Shown one piece after another: positions 18,383-27,386 of a DNA stretch of 64,000 nucleotides; position 1 is the stretch's first letter, and each line of letters opens with the position of its first letter. The notes under the pieces are model-generated. The model searched no databases, was not told the DNA's origin, and saw nothing but the letters and a program-made list of their open reading frames with translations. Source of the DNA: a virus; IMG/VR virus record IMGVR_UViG_3300046463_001154, positions 1 through 64,000 of that record, one strand, 5' to 3'. The translations under genes were made by a program, and so were the position numbers.

Positions 18383-18913
18383 ATGGGCTATTCATTTTTC
18401 AGACCGCGCCAAGAGCCGGATAGCGTGATTCTGGAGACGCGCGCGCTGCTGGGTCCGCTCTTCAGACGACTGCCGCACCTCCGGGAAGACACCGACGAAT
18501 TCATCGGCCGGGTTCTCGACTGCCTCGCCTTCGAGAAGGAAGCACGCGACCAGCTGAGCCTTATGTGTGCCGAACTCGTCGACGACTTGTTGCATATGCC
18601 GTTGCCCGAAAGTGGTCCACGCCTTCGCCTGGGTCACTTCGATCCCGAACAAGAGCGCCAGGAACGCATTGACGTGGTTTCGCGCCATTCGAACGCGATG
18701 TATGAGTTCGGGGACGAGCTGCTGGAGCAATTGCGTGCACTACGTCTTTATCGCGGTGGCTACCTTCACTATGAGTTTGGTGAGCTGGTCGGCCATGACA
18801 TGCTGATGCATCGCCTCATGGTGCCCAAGCTCAGCACGAACGTACCCATCGACTATCTGACAGACGAAGACCTCTGGGAACGCAGCCAGGTGCACCGGAG
18901 GGGTCGTCGATAA
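18383..18913 (+). CDS. Paralogue array member 6, 176 aa
   Basis: SVILETRAL near the N-terminus; GYLHYEFGELVGHDML near the C-terminus. Confidence 0.72.
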   Translation: MGYSFFRPRQEPDSVILETRALLGPLFRRLPHLREDTDEFIGRVLDCLAFEKEARDQLSLMCAELVDDLLHMPLPESGPRLRLGHFDPEQERQERIDVVSRHSNAMYEFGDELLEQLRALRLYRGGYLHYEFGELVGHDMLMHRLMVPKLSTNVPIDYLTDEDLWERSQVHRRGRR

Positions 18914-18928
18914 ACCAAGGAGCGCAGT

Positions 18929-19336
18929 GTGCCGGAGCATGATCGAGAACTTAAAATCTCACAACGGATGGTTATCCCGGTCGCTGACCTCATCACGCAA
19001 TTCCGAGACGGTTTGGGCGGGCTGACGATCACGCCTTTCGGGTTCGAAGAACTCGTGAGGCAATGCATCGACGTCTTCATGGACTGGGAGGGAGACGAAA
19101 GCCAATTGGCGGAACTCCCGCAAATTCATCGTATAGAGATCCCAGAGTTGAGAGGGGAGGATTATCAGGCCGTGTATGAGAAAGTGACCCGCGCTACTCA
19201 GACATTCGCCTGTGAGTTGTTTGGCAGGTTGTCAGCGGCCGGCGTGTTTCTCAACAAGAACACGTACGGCAACGTCAACTACGCCTTTGACCGTTTCCTC
19301 GGCAACGACATCGTCCTCTTTCACTTTCCCTATTAG
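18929..19336 (+). CDS. Paralogue array member 7, 135 aa
   Basis: AAGGAG RBS; ends GNVNYAFDRFLGNDIVLF. Confidence 0.72.
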   Translation: MPEHDRELKISQRMVIPVADLITQFRDGLGGLTITPFGFEELVRQCIDVFMDWEGDESQLAELPQIHRIEIPELRGEDYQAVYEKVTRATQTFACELFGRLSAAGVFLNKNTYGNVNYAFDRFLGNDIVLFHFPY

Positions 19337-19357
19337 CGATTCAAACGGTGAGCGTCC

Positions 19358-19774
19358 ATGTCGTACAACTATCAGATCGGTCAGGTCATTTCTTTCGACG
19401 TCTACCCCGCAGCCATCCTTGGCAACAGCTTCGAGTATGTGACGGTGCTGGCCATCATGGACCAGTCTACCGCCAACGGCATCATCGATACCGTGGGCAA
19501 CCACATCAAGATGTATCCGTACCTGAAGCCGCAGGGAACGCCCAACGATGCGAGCCAGTACAACTACATCAAGGTCCGCACGCAGTCCGGTGCGATCACG
19601 GCACTCGGAATGCCGTGGATCAATGAAAGCACCATCAAGGTCTGGACTGCACAGACCATCACCGCGGTCATTAGCGGGGTCACGGCGAGTGACATTCCCG
19701 CCGTCCAGAACGCGCTGATCAGCAATGGCTTCAACCACATCGCGGTCACCGTGTCCGCAATGCCGGGTTCCTGA
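19358..19774 (+). CDS. Conserved phiKZ gp49-like protein, 138 aa
   Basis: FDVYPAAILG...YPYL..GTPND...GMPWI pattern; normally directly upstream of the gp50 polymerase. Confidence 0.72.
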   Translation: MSYNYQIGQVISFDVYPAAILGNSFEYVTVLAIMDQSTANGIIDTVGNHIKMYPYLKPQGTPNDASQYNYIKVRTQSGAITALGMPWINESTIKVWTAQTITAVISGVTASDIPAVQNALISNGFNHIAVTVSAMPGS

Positions 19775-19896
19775 TCGGTATATTGTGACAGAGCGCGAAT
19801 ACGCGCCGTCGCAAGACGGGAAGAACAAATGCGGTACGGGGGTTGTACGAGGAACGCAGGACCTTGGTTGTTGATTTCCTTTTCATGCTTGACCTT

Positions 19897-19926
19897 GGCC
19901 TCTCCCTTCGGGGAGAGGCTTTATTT
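19897..19926 (+). terminator. Rho-independent terminator
   Basis: GGCCTCTCCC-ttcg-GGGAGAGGCT followed by a T-rich tail. Confidence 0.75.
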
Positions 19927-20237
19927 CCTATATTTGCTTTTTTGTATAAATTTACCAGATCGCTCCATGATCTGACTGGAAGTGATGCGCCAGTTCAACT
20001 CGTGTAGTGACGTTCCAAATGCGCGAGCATGCGGGTGGTAAAAAGGGCATGACAGTGTCCGGTTTGCCTGCTGAGTGGCTTTGGCCGATAGCGGGAACTC
20101 TGATGGGGATCGGAGGGGTGTCAACGAAGACGATTTGTAGCCGGTTTGCCTCGCGGCCGCCGCGCCTTTACTTCCTTGGAGGAAGCGGCGGTCGCACCCA
20201 GGGGCACACCTGGGCTCGTCATCTTTGGCTTTGTTCT

Positions 20238-20272
20238 GGGAAGAGGCCTTCGGGTCTCTTCCCTTTTTTTTT
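20238..20272 (+). terminator. Strong hairpin with T run, convergent on the RelE-like gene
   Basis: GGGAAGAGGCC-ttcg-GGTCTCTTCCC followed by a run of T. Confidence 0.75.
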
Positions 20273-20276
20273 GCCG

Positions 20277-20585
20277 TCAGTTCGTATTTTTGTCCTTTCT
20301 TCCGACAAGTCTCGAAATGATGTTAAATGGCGACTTTTTGGTCGTTACCCCGAGGATCACTAGCGCATCATCAGTCGTCGTGAAAAACGCCCTAACGGGA
20401 CCTGATCGTAAAACATAGATACCCGCGTCAGAATCAGGAAGCCAGCTTATCAATTCTGTCGGATAGTCCCAATGGCCATCGGCTATCCGGTTCAGCGCGA
20501 CAAGCGTCTCCGCCACATGGTTCCTGTCCTCGTCCTGCAACTTGCGAAATTCTTGCGCCGCGTCTGGGGTCATGAGCGTTTTCAT
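20277..20585 (-). CDS. RelE/ParE-superfamily toxin-like protein, 102 aa
   Basis: TPDAAQEFRKL...IYVLRSGPVRAFFTTTDDALVILGV follows the RelE-type pattern (A.kel.kL...YrLRvGdyRiiy..dd..v.il.V). Confidence 0.6.
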   Translation of the reverse strand: MKTLMTPDAAQEFRKLQDEDRNHVAETLVALNRIADGHWDYPTELISWLPDSDAGIYVLRSGPVRAFFTTTDDALVILGVTTKKSPFNIISRLVGRKDKNTN

Positions 20586-20944
20586 AACTTCATCCCCAAT
20601 TCGTCGGCCAACTTTTTTACATCGAGAAGCTCGGCCTTTTCAGGATGCACCGCAATCAGACGAGCCATGGCCTCGAGTTTCTTCTCGCGAATGAAGCCGA
20701 GACAATACGCGTCGTCGGCAAATCTAGACAGTCTCTCGTCCCTGCGATAGAAGCCAACCTGCGAGGCGAGCAAAGCCAGAGACGTAAATGAAAGCAACCA
20801 AAAGGAAGGCATCTTAAAGCTCAAAGACCAATCCAGCTTACCGTTTGGCATGATCTGCGAAGCAAAAATGCTCGACAACACGCCGACGATAGTCGTCAAG
20901 CCTACCGTCACGCCAAGCCTGACCTTCGGGATGATATCCGCCAT
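20582..20944 (-). CDS. Two-TM membrane protein, 120 aa, translationally coupled to the RelE-like gene
   Basis: Hydrophobic segments LGVTVGLTTIVGVLSSIFA and FWLLSFTSLALLA; ATGA overlap. Confidence 0.7.
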   Translation of the reverse strand: MADIIPKVRLGVTVGLTTIVGVLSSIFASQIMPNGKLDWSLSFKMPSFWLLSFTSLALLASQVGFYRRDERLSRFADDAYCLGFIREKKLEAMARLIAVHPEKAELLDVKKLADELGMKL

Positions 20945-21072
20945 CGATTGCCCCGTGGATTTTCTTCGAGTTACCGGTGCTCTGATGTTATCAGAGACTC
21001 GGCGAGGCTTCGCCGTCCGTTCTTTTTTTTATTCCTGCGTCGAATCGTGTACGAGAAAGCAAGGAATCCCCA

Positions 21073-23241
21073 ATGTCCAACTTCGACAATCCCTTTGTCC
21101 TGCCCGCCAACCAGTACAAGCGTGATCTGGACGTCTTCAAGCATTACATCGATCAAAGCGTCGAGTACATCTCCGCGATGACCGGCGCACCCCGCGAGCA
21201 GTGTATGGCGTTTGTGAAGAACAGTCTGCGTCCGGACGGCAAGTTTGCGTTCAAGGATCCGGCGGTGATGTATCTCCGCCGTAACGAGCACGGCGACCGC
21301 GAGCAGGTCGAGGGTACACTCGGCGGCTACCTGTCCGAGTCGATCAAGGAACACCAGCTTATCGCCCCGACACTGACGACCTACTATCACCCGACGGTGA
21401 AGAAATCGTTGCTCGCAGGCTTCATTGACGCCAACGTTAAGCGTCGCGGTGTCGCAAAGAAAGCGATGTTCCAGGCTCGCATGGATGGCAACAAGATTCT
21501 CGAGATCCTGAAGGACAATGAGCAGACGAACATGAAGCTCTCGAACAACGCATGTTCGGGCGCTCACGTCAGTGCATCGACGCCATTGTTCAACAAGACC
21601 GCACACTCGACACTGACATCTAACTGCCGGTCGACGGCGGGCTATGGCTCCGCCAACAACGAGAAGTTTCTGAACGGCAACCGTCATTATTGGTCACCGG
21701 ACATCGTCAAGAACAACATTGTCTCGATCGTGACCAACACGGACTACGAGTCAATTCAGCTCGCGATGAACGAGTTCGGGATTCTCCATCCGAGCGTCGA
21801 AGAGACGATGGAGTGCATTCGCTACTCCACCCAGCTCTACTTCCGTGACGAAGCAGCGCACCGCTTGATCGAGCAGTATGTCAGAAAGCTCACGGACATC
21901 CAGCGCAGCGCATTCGTCTATACAGGCGATCTGTACCATCTCATGAAGTTCAACCGGGAGATTGTCTACCGGTTCGTGCATGAGCTGTCGTCCCGCGTCG
22001 GTGAGGTGCATCCGGATCCGGACAGCATCATCAAAAACGCACACGAGGATCACATTGCCCTCGCCTCGCAGTTGTGTCCGAAAGAGATGAAGGGCAAGAA
22101 AGTGAAGGACGTGGTCGGTTCCGATGCATATGGCGTCCTTGCATCGACGGTTGCGCATATCGGTCAGGTCATCACGGAGTACAAGAACCTAATCAAGGCG
22201 TTCTGGGTGACAAAGAACGTCCCGGCCTCCCTCGCGCACTTTCCGGACAGCATCCGTCGCTCGGCGCTGATGGGGGATACCGACTCCACCATCTTTACGG
22301 TCCAGGACTGGGTGGTCTGGTACAACGACGGCCGTCTCGGTTACGACGACCGCTCGTCGGGCGTGGCAGCCACGATGATCTTCCTGGCCGCACAGACCAT
22401 CACGCACGTCCTCGCCCGTATGTCCGCCAACTTCGGCATCGAGGAAAGCCGCATCTTCCAGGTGGCGATGAAGAACGAGTACAAGTTCGACGTGTTTGTT
22501 CCGACGCAGGTGGCCAAGCACTACTACGCCTCGATCGGTTGTCAGGAAGGCAACCTGTACAAGGCACAGGAACCGGAGATCAAGGGCGTGCACTTGAAGT
22601 CCTCGAATGCGCCGCCGGCGGTGATGGCGAAAGCCAAAGCGATGATGATCCGGATCATGGACACCGTGATGGCGGAGAAGCCTGTGTCCCTCAGGGACAT
22701 CATGGGCGAAATCGCAGCACTGGAGCACGACATCCGGACGTCGATTCTCGAACGCTCAAGCTACGAGTATTTCCGTATGGGTCAGATCAAGCCCGCGGCG
22801 TCGTACACGCTTCCGCCGGAGCAAAGCAACTTCGCACACTACACCTTCTGGAACGCAACGTTTGGCACGAAGTATGGTGAGGTGCAGGAACCGCCGTACA
22901 ACTCCGTCAAGATTTCCGTGGACCTCAAGTCGCCTGTGAAGATCAAGGCATGGCTTGAGAAGATGGAAGACCGTGACTTGGCTGAGAAGCTGACAAACTG
23001 GTTGCTCAAGAGCGGGAAGAAAGCAATCAGCACCTTCCACGTTCCTGAACAGATCATCCAGTCGAAGGGCATCCCGAAGGAGATCAAAAGCGAGATCGCC
23101 ATTCGGAAACTGATCACCGATACGGTCACGGTCTTCTACATCGTCCTTGAATCACTTGGCATCTACATGCAGAACAAGCACATGACTCGGCTCGTGAGTG
23201 ATCACATTCCTGCGCCAACTCCGGCGCTCGAAGCAGCATAG
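21073..23241 (+). CDS. Split family-B DNA polymerase, phiKZ gp50-like subunit, 722 aa
   Basis: MKLSNNACSGAH region, catalytic GDTDS, MKNE, EIKGVHLKSS; AAGGA RBS. Confidence 0.9.
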   Translation: MSNFDNPFVLPANQYKRDLDVFKHYIDQSVEYISAMTGAPREQCMAFVKNSLRPDGKFAFKDPAVMYLRRNEHGDREQVEGTLGGYLSESIKEHQLIAPTLTTYYHPTVKKSLLAGFIDANVKRRGVAKKAMFQARMDGNKILEILKDNEQTNMKLSNNACSGAHVSASTPLFNKTAHSTLTSNCRSTAGYGSANNEKFLNGNRHYWSPDIVKNNIVSIVTNTDYESIQLAMNEFGILHPSVEETMECIRYSTQLYFRDEAAHRLIEQYVRKLTDIQRSAFVYTGDLYHLMKFNREIVYRFVHELSSRVGEVHPDPDSIIKNAHEDHIALASQLCPKEMKGKKVKDVVGSDAYGVLASTVAHIGQVITEYKNLIKAFWVTKNVPASLAHFPDSIRRSALMGDTDSTIFTVQDWVVWYNDGRLGYDDRSSGVAATMIFLAAQTITHVLARMSANFGIEESRIFQVAMKNEYKFDVFVPTQVAKHYYASIGCQEGNLYKAQEPEIKGVHLKSSNAPPAVMAKAKAMMIRIMDTVMAEKPVSLRDIMGEIAALEHDIRTSILERSSYEYFRMGQIKPAASYTLPPEQSNFAHYTFWNATFGTKYGEVQEPPYNSVKISVDLKSPVKIKAWLEKMEDRDLAEKLTNWLLKSGKKAISTFHVPEQIIQSKGIPKEIKSEIAIRKLITDTVTVFYIVLESLGIYMQNKHMTRLVSDHIPAPTPALEAA

Positions 23242-23307
23242 CGTCGAGTCTCCATTAACAAAACAGCCCGCCTCGTGCGGGCTTTCATTTTTGCTTCGAG
23301 GTTAGCG

Positions 23308-23511
23308 ATGCCGACATGGCTTTGGGGTGGGTTGATTTGGCTTGCACTCTGCGTGCTTTTCGTCGCGCGATGGGATTGGAGTCGAGCGACGCCTCCGGCA
23401 GCGAAAGACGAGTCCGCGGAAGCGGAAACCCGAATCGACAATTCGGATTTGCACGAACTACTTGTGAAATCGACGGCCGCAGCAACCGGTGTCGATCAGG
23501 AGCAGGCATGA
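23308..23511 (+). CDS. Small membrane protein
   Basis: GAGG RBS; WLWGGLIWLALCVLFVA TM segment. Confidence 0.55.
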   Translation: MPTWLWGGLIWLALCVLFVARWDWSRATPPAAKDESAEAETRIDNSDLHELLVKSTAAATGVDQEQA

Positions 23512-23642
23512 GGTGGTTCGGGTTGTTCAACGACGGGCAAATGAAGTGCATGCGCTGCCCCAAAGTCACGCCTAAAAGCCAACCGCTTTGCGTGCGCTGT
23601 CAGCAGAAGGAACAGCTGCGGCGGGCGCGTTGCCGCAAGTAA
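23508..23642 (+). CDS. Small Cys-rich protein (two CxxC), 44 aa
   Basis: ATGA overlap, AGGAG RBS; CMRC...CVRC. Confidence 0.5.
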   Translation: MRWFGLFNDGQMKCMRCPKVTPKSQPLCVRCQQKEQLRRARCRK

Positions 23643-23688
23643 GCGCCATAAATCCCGCTCTTCGGAGCGGGACGATGAGGAACGTAAG

Positions 23689-23910
23689 ATGCCTGAAAAG
23701 AAGATGCCTGTACGGACCGTGCAGGTGAACTATCAATGCGACGCTGCGGGCTGCGATGGCTATATGAGTCCGACCGGAACGGCGAACCTCAGCTATCCCC
23801 CGCGGTATCCGCATCGCTGTTCGAAGTGCGGGTCAGAGGAGAGCTTCAAGGCAAGCTATCCGGTCATCCGCTATGAACCGATCGAGGAGTTAGCTCTTGA
23901 AGCGACCTAG
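23689..23910 (+). CDS. Small zinc-ribbon protein, 73 aa
   Basis: CDAAGC...HRCSKCG; GAGGA RBS. Confidence 0.65.
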   Translation: MPEKKMPVRTVQVNYQCDAAGCDGYMSPTGTANLSYPPRYPHRCSKCGSEESFKASYPVIRYEPIEELALEAT

Positions 23911-23914
23911 CCCA

Positions 23915-24085
23915 ATGATGACCCATGCCATCGAAACGGACATGGGACACCTCGTCGAGTTCATGGGAAACCATCCCCTTGAAACCAAAGCGGTGCGTAC
24001 TGAAGCGTGGCAGCAGATGCTCGTCTACGTGCCGAGGGACGAATTGCAGGTCCGTTTGGACAAGATCAAGAAGGAAGCGTCATGA
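23915..24085 (+). CDS. Small hypothetical protein
   Basis: Packed between neighbours; ATGA overlap with the next gene. Confidence 0.5.
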   Translation: MMTHAIETDMGHLVEFMGNHPLETKAVRTEAWQQMLVYVPRDELQVRLDKIKKEAS

Positions 24086-24495
24086 GCAAGATCAAGACCG
24101 CATACTCGATGCGTGAGCGTGCACCTTGGGAAGACCGGCCGTTCGAAACCGATGTCCTCGCTGGCGGCTGGGCAGAGACCATCATCACACTGATCGAGCG
24201 TGGGCCGGTTGACGACGGCGACATCCCAAGCAAGGCCGCTCGAGATGAACTCGTGTCACGCGGTTTCGCTGCACGGGTTATTGTCAATCAGAAGGAAGCA
24301 GGGAACGTTGCCACGTACGCTGGCCGCGAGCTCTACAAACAGCTGGTCGACGCTCCCTCCCTCGCCGAAGCGATCGCTAAGCGCCAGGCCAATCCCAGGT
24401 TCCTGAACGACCTCTGGAAGTCACAGCAGCCGCGGGAATGTGGTTCATGTGGTTACACCGCCGAGCCGGACTGCACAACCTGCAACGAGGCTTGA
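24082..24495 (+). CDS. Hypothetical protein with C-terminal CxxC pair; probable start MSKIKT
   Basis: AAGGA RBS; GPVDDGDIPSKAARDELV...G; CGSC...CTTC. Confidence 0.65.
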   Translation: MSKIKTAYSMRERAPWEDRPFETDVLAGGWAETIITLIERGPVDDGDIPSKAARDELVSRGFAARVIVNQKEAGNVATYAGRELYKQLVDAPSLAEAIAKRQANPRFLNDLWKSQQPRECGSCGYTAEPDCTTCNEA

Positions 24496-24497
24496 AC

Positions 24498-24695
24498 ATG
24501 AAAGAAGAGAAGGCAGCCCTCATCTTCTTCGGCTCATTCGTCATCGCGAGCATCGCTGGCCTGGCGCTGGGTCAACGCCTCGGCTTCAGCGCAGACGACG
24601 GCATGACCGTCGGCCAGATCGCGTGGTGTATCACGTGGGCAATGCAGCTGTTCCGCCGTAACATGAAAAAGCGTTCGTCACACCGACGCCGTTGA
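24498..24695 (+). CDS. Small two-TM membrane protein
   Basis: GAGG RBS; two hydrophobic segments and a basic tail. Confidence 0.5.
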   Translation: MKEEKAALIFFGSFVIASIAGLALGQRLGFSADDGMTVGQIAWCITWAMQLFRRNMKKRSSHRRR

Positions 24696-25805
24696 GCTGA
24701 ATGGAGTTCTCGTGGGGTTCGCCTTAGCGAGAATTCCGTCCAGTTCCTCTATGACGTCTTGCTGCACGAGCGGGTCCATGACGCCATCGAAGAGACGTTC
24801 CTGAGACCATCCGAGGAAGGTTCTGTTGATGAGATTGAGATCCGCCTGATTCCGTGTCTCTGGGGTATCCTTCGCCATCGTGAGTACGAAGTCCAGCGCG
24901 GGAAGACGAGAGATCGCCAGTCCCCACATCACCTGCCGGGTCGGCGCCATGTCAGGCACGTGCATCGCCTGTTCCATATTTTCCTTTACGGCGGCCGGGA
25001 CGCTCTGCAGAACGCCCACGAAGTCCTTGCCTGTCTTCACGAGATTGCTGAGCACGATCTCGTAGCAGCTATCCACCTTGGACGAGTAGTCAATCAGCGC
25101 AAACGGATGGCGCTTGATCGATTGTCCGACAGCATCGCCAGACCGCAACTTTCTGATGCGGTTGAAAAGTGCTTGGTCGAGGTGACTGAACAGCATGTTC
25201 GGCAGCAAGTACATGTGCACGAACATCATGGTCGACTTCTCGCTGTCCAGCCCCCCTGTGATGCGATCCTGCTCCCGTCTGAATGCCCGGTACTGAATCA
25301 TCAGCATCGGGACGTTGATCGCGATTACCACGAGCCCGGTCTCGGTCCCCGTCAGGTACCCATTCGGCACGTTCAGGTAGATGTCGCTTCTAGGATGGCG
25401 CAGCACCCGCACTGGCGTCACGTTCTCCCAGTCTCGGTCGGCCCGGTCGAAGTCGAACGGTTCGGTATGGGCGATTACGATCTCGTCATGCCCTGGACCG
25501 TAGAAGTCACCGTCGAACAAGCTTCCGCGATTGATGGACGAAGTCATTTTTAACGCCGTCGCCCGATTTAATGAAACAGCATCGACGTTCGCGTAGTAGC
25601 GCTCGAGATTGTGCGACAGCGGCACGTTCACCGTTTGGATGAGCTTCACCAGGAGGTGATTCCCCTTCACGGCCATCGGTGCGTTTCGATAGTAGCGGAT
25701 CACCTGCGTGATGTTGCGCATCAGCCCTTCCCGGACGTACGGCCATAAAGACGGGACTTGGATGCCTTGGAGTGCCCGAGGCACCAGATTGAAGAGCGTG
25801 TGCAT
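24678..25805 (-). CDS. Conserved phiKZ gp52-like protein, 375 aa
   Basis: Opposite-strand core gene between the polymerase and chimallin as in phiKZ; motifs YYR...VKGNHLLVKL and AINVPMLMIQYR. Confidence 0.7.
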   Translation of the reverse strand: MHTLFNLVPRALQGIQVPSLWPYVREGLMRNITQVIRYYRNAPMAVKGNHLLVKLIQTVNVPLSHNLERYYANVDAVSLNRATALKMTSSINRGSLFDGDFYGPGHDEIVIAHTEPFDFDRADRDWENVTPVRVLRHPRSDIYLNVPNGYLTGTETGLVVIAINVPMLMIQYRAFRREQDRITGGLDSEKSTMMFVHMYLLPNMLFSHLDQALFNRIRKLRSGDAVGQSIKRHPFALIDYSSKVDSCYEIVLSNLVKTGKDFVGVLQSVPAAVKENMEQAMHVPDMAPTRQVMWGLAISRLPALDFVLTMAKDTPETRNQADLNLINRTFLGWSQERLFDGVMDPLVQQDVIEELDGILAKANPTRTPFSSTASV

Positions 25806-25855
25806 AGCGCAGCATCCAGTTAGAAATTGATAGGTTCATAAAATTCGAGGCTGCC

Positions 25856-26110
25856 TTGAACAAGATCTTCCCTCCCCGTGCGATGCAGCCTGAGTTGCGC
25901 CGCGGCCAGAAGGTGACTATTCGACTATCGGGCGCGGAAGTCGTCCAGCAGTTGACCTTTGGCGGCTTAGAACCTGTTAGCCGTGAAAGCTATCTGGACC
26001 TGCTCGAATGCGCAGAACCGGATTCGCCGGATCAGATCCGCGCACGCGCTCGTGCGCTTGGCGACAAGAAGACACACAACGCGCGTGGGCGCCGCTGGTG
26101 GGACAGATGA
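25856..26110 (+). CDS. Small protein ending NARGRRWWDR
   Basis: TTG start after GAGG; C-terminal motif shared with two neighbours. Confidence 0.55.
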   Translation: MNKIFPPRAMQPELRRGQKVTIRLSGAEVVQQLTFGGLEPVSRESYLDLLECAEPDSPDQIRARARALGDKKTHNARGRRWWDR

Positions 26111-26589
26111 AGGCGCTCGATTCAGTGATGTTGCAGGTACTCGCCTACGGCAAACTCAAACCCGGCTGGAACACGCAGGAAAGCGTGCCGCCGACGCTGG
26201 AGGCCGTGAAGCTTGGCTGCGAATTTCTTCGCACGATTCCCGATGGCTTCCCGCTGCCCGGGACCATGTTGAGCGATAACGGATCCCTCGGCTTCTACTG
26301 GCATGCAAATCAGCGCCACTACATCGACCTAGAGATCGAAGCGGACCGGGACCTCTTCTCCTTCTTCGGAGTGAAGAAAGAGACCGGCGACGAACCTCGC
26401 GAAGAGACCTATCTTCCTGAGCTAACGATCGCGCACTTTTCCGTTCCGTTCTATATCGAGCACTTCAGTGCAATACGAGACGAATATGCGAAACAACCAG
26501 CGACAGTCCGGGATGGCGAGGCTAGCGGCGTTGACTCTCCTGACCACCGCCACCAACGGGAACGACACGACGCTTTACGGGCGGGATGA
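26107..26589 (+). CDS. Hypothetical protein; probable start MKALDS at 26107
   Basis: ATGA overlap; LKPGWN...PP...A..FL...P...DNGSLGFYW pattern seen in mobile-element hypotheticals. Confidence 0.6.
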   Translation: MKALDSVMLQVLAYGKLKPGWNTQESVPPTLEAVKLGCEFLRTIPDGFPLPGTMLSDNGSLGFYWHANQRHYIDLEIEADRDLFSFFGVKKETGDEPREETYLPELTIAHFSVPFYIEHFSAIRDEYAKQPATVRDGEASGVDSPDHRHQRERHDALRAG

Positions 26590-26719
26590 CACTTACACCG
26601 ACATGAACGCCCGGCCCTTCGGCGAGCGGCTACCTCAGCCGACCTTCGGCAACCGCGCCGAGCGACGCGGCCAGCGCGATTCGTCGAACAAGCGGGGACA
26701 GTGGTGGAACCGAAAATAA
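26486..26719 (+). CDS. Small protein ending NKRGQWWNRK
   Basis: Shared C-terminal motif and NRAERR; overlaps the tail of the previous ORF by about 100 nt. Confidence 0.5.
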   Translation: MRNNQRQSGMARLAALTLLTTATNGNDTTLYGRDDTYTDMNARPFGERLPQPTFGNRAERRGQRDSSNKRGQWWNRK

Positions 26720-27096
26720 TCATCTTTTACACGCCCGGTCGGGATGACGGGATCGTCTCGGAATTCTTGCGGACGGCGAGGCTGCCTCCCGTCTGGGTGC
26801 CGATCGAATGGTGCACTGACGAGCTGCGGCAACGCCCCCATGAAAGTACGCAGCCCACCGTGACTGCGTCCCACGAAGAGGCAGTCTCGCGCTTCGCGGG
26901 AGCCATTCAGCTAGTCGGTCGAACTACGTACCAATCCTTTCAGGGCGCGTTTAGCAGCGCGTTCGCCCTACCCGAACCGGGACCGCTGCCGGACGAGGGA
27001 GATCCGAAGACTAGAAACAAAGTCGCCCGTAAAAAGCGCGAAGCGACAAAGGCGTCGCAAAATGCCCGCGGACGTAAATGGTGGGAGCATCGATAA
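26701..27096 (+). CDS. Protein ending NARGRKWWEHR, 131 aa
   Basis: GTG start after GGGGA; shared C-terminal motif. Confidence 0.55.
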   Translation: MVEPKIIIFYTPGRDDGIVSEFLRTARLPPVWVPIEWCTDELRQRPHESTQPTVTASHEEAVSRFAGAIQLVGRTTYQSFQGAFSSAFALPEPGPLPDEGDPKTRNKVARKKREATKASQNARGRKWWEHR

Positions 27097-27386
27097 TGGG
27101 CCGTCGTAAATGCGAATTGCTTTCGGGCGAATCCGAACCGGATCCGATTATTGTTAAATCGCCGGATAATCGTCCGGTTTTACGGACTCTGATTCTCGAA
27201 TTCCCGAAACCGTCGACGGGCTATTCGTATTCGCTCTTCGCGGCGGAAGTACGGCGCGACATCCGGTGGGGCATCTTCGGTCATTTGTCGGAGCGCGACT
27301 GGGAAACTGCGCTGGCCCGCCGCGAGGTCGTGATCTCGCCGAGCGGGTCGTTCGTTACAGTCAATGCAATAGTCGGTCCGCGGTAA
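27096..27386 (+). CDS. Hypothetical protein
   Basis: TAATG coupling with the previous gene; GGGAG RBS. Confidence 0.5.
   Translation: MGRRKCELLSGESEPDPIIVKSPDNRPVLRTLILEFPKPSTGYSYSLFAAEVRRDIRWGIFGHLSERDWETALARREVVISPSGSFVTVNAIVGPR

Noticed and set aside
26094-26101. E. coli Chi sequence GCTGGTGG
   Set aside because: Single copy explained by Arg-Trp-Trp codons; the host is probably not enteric
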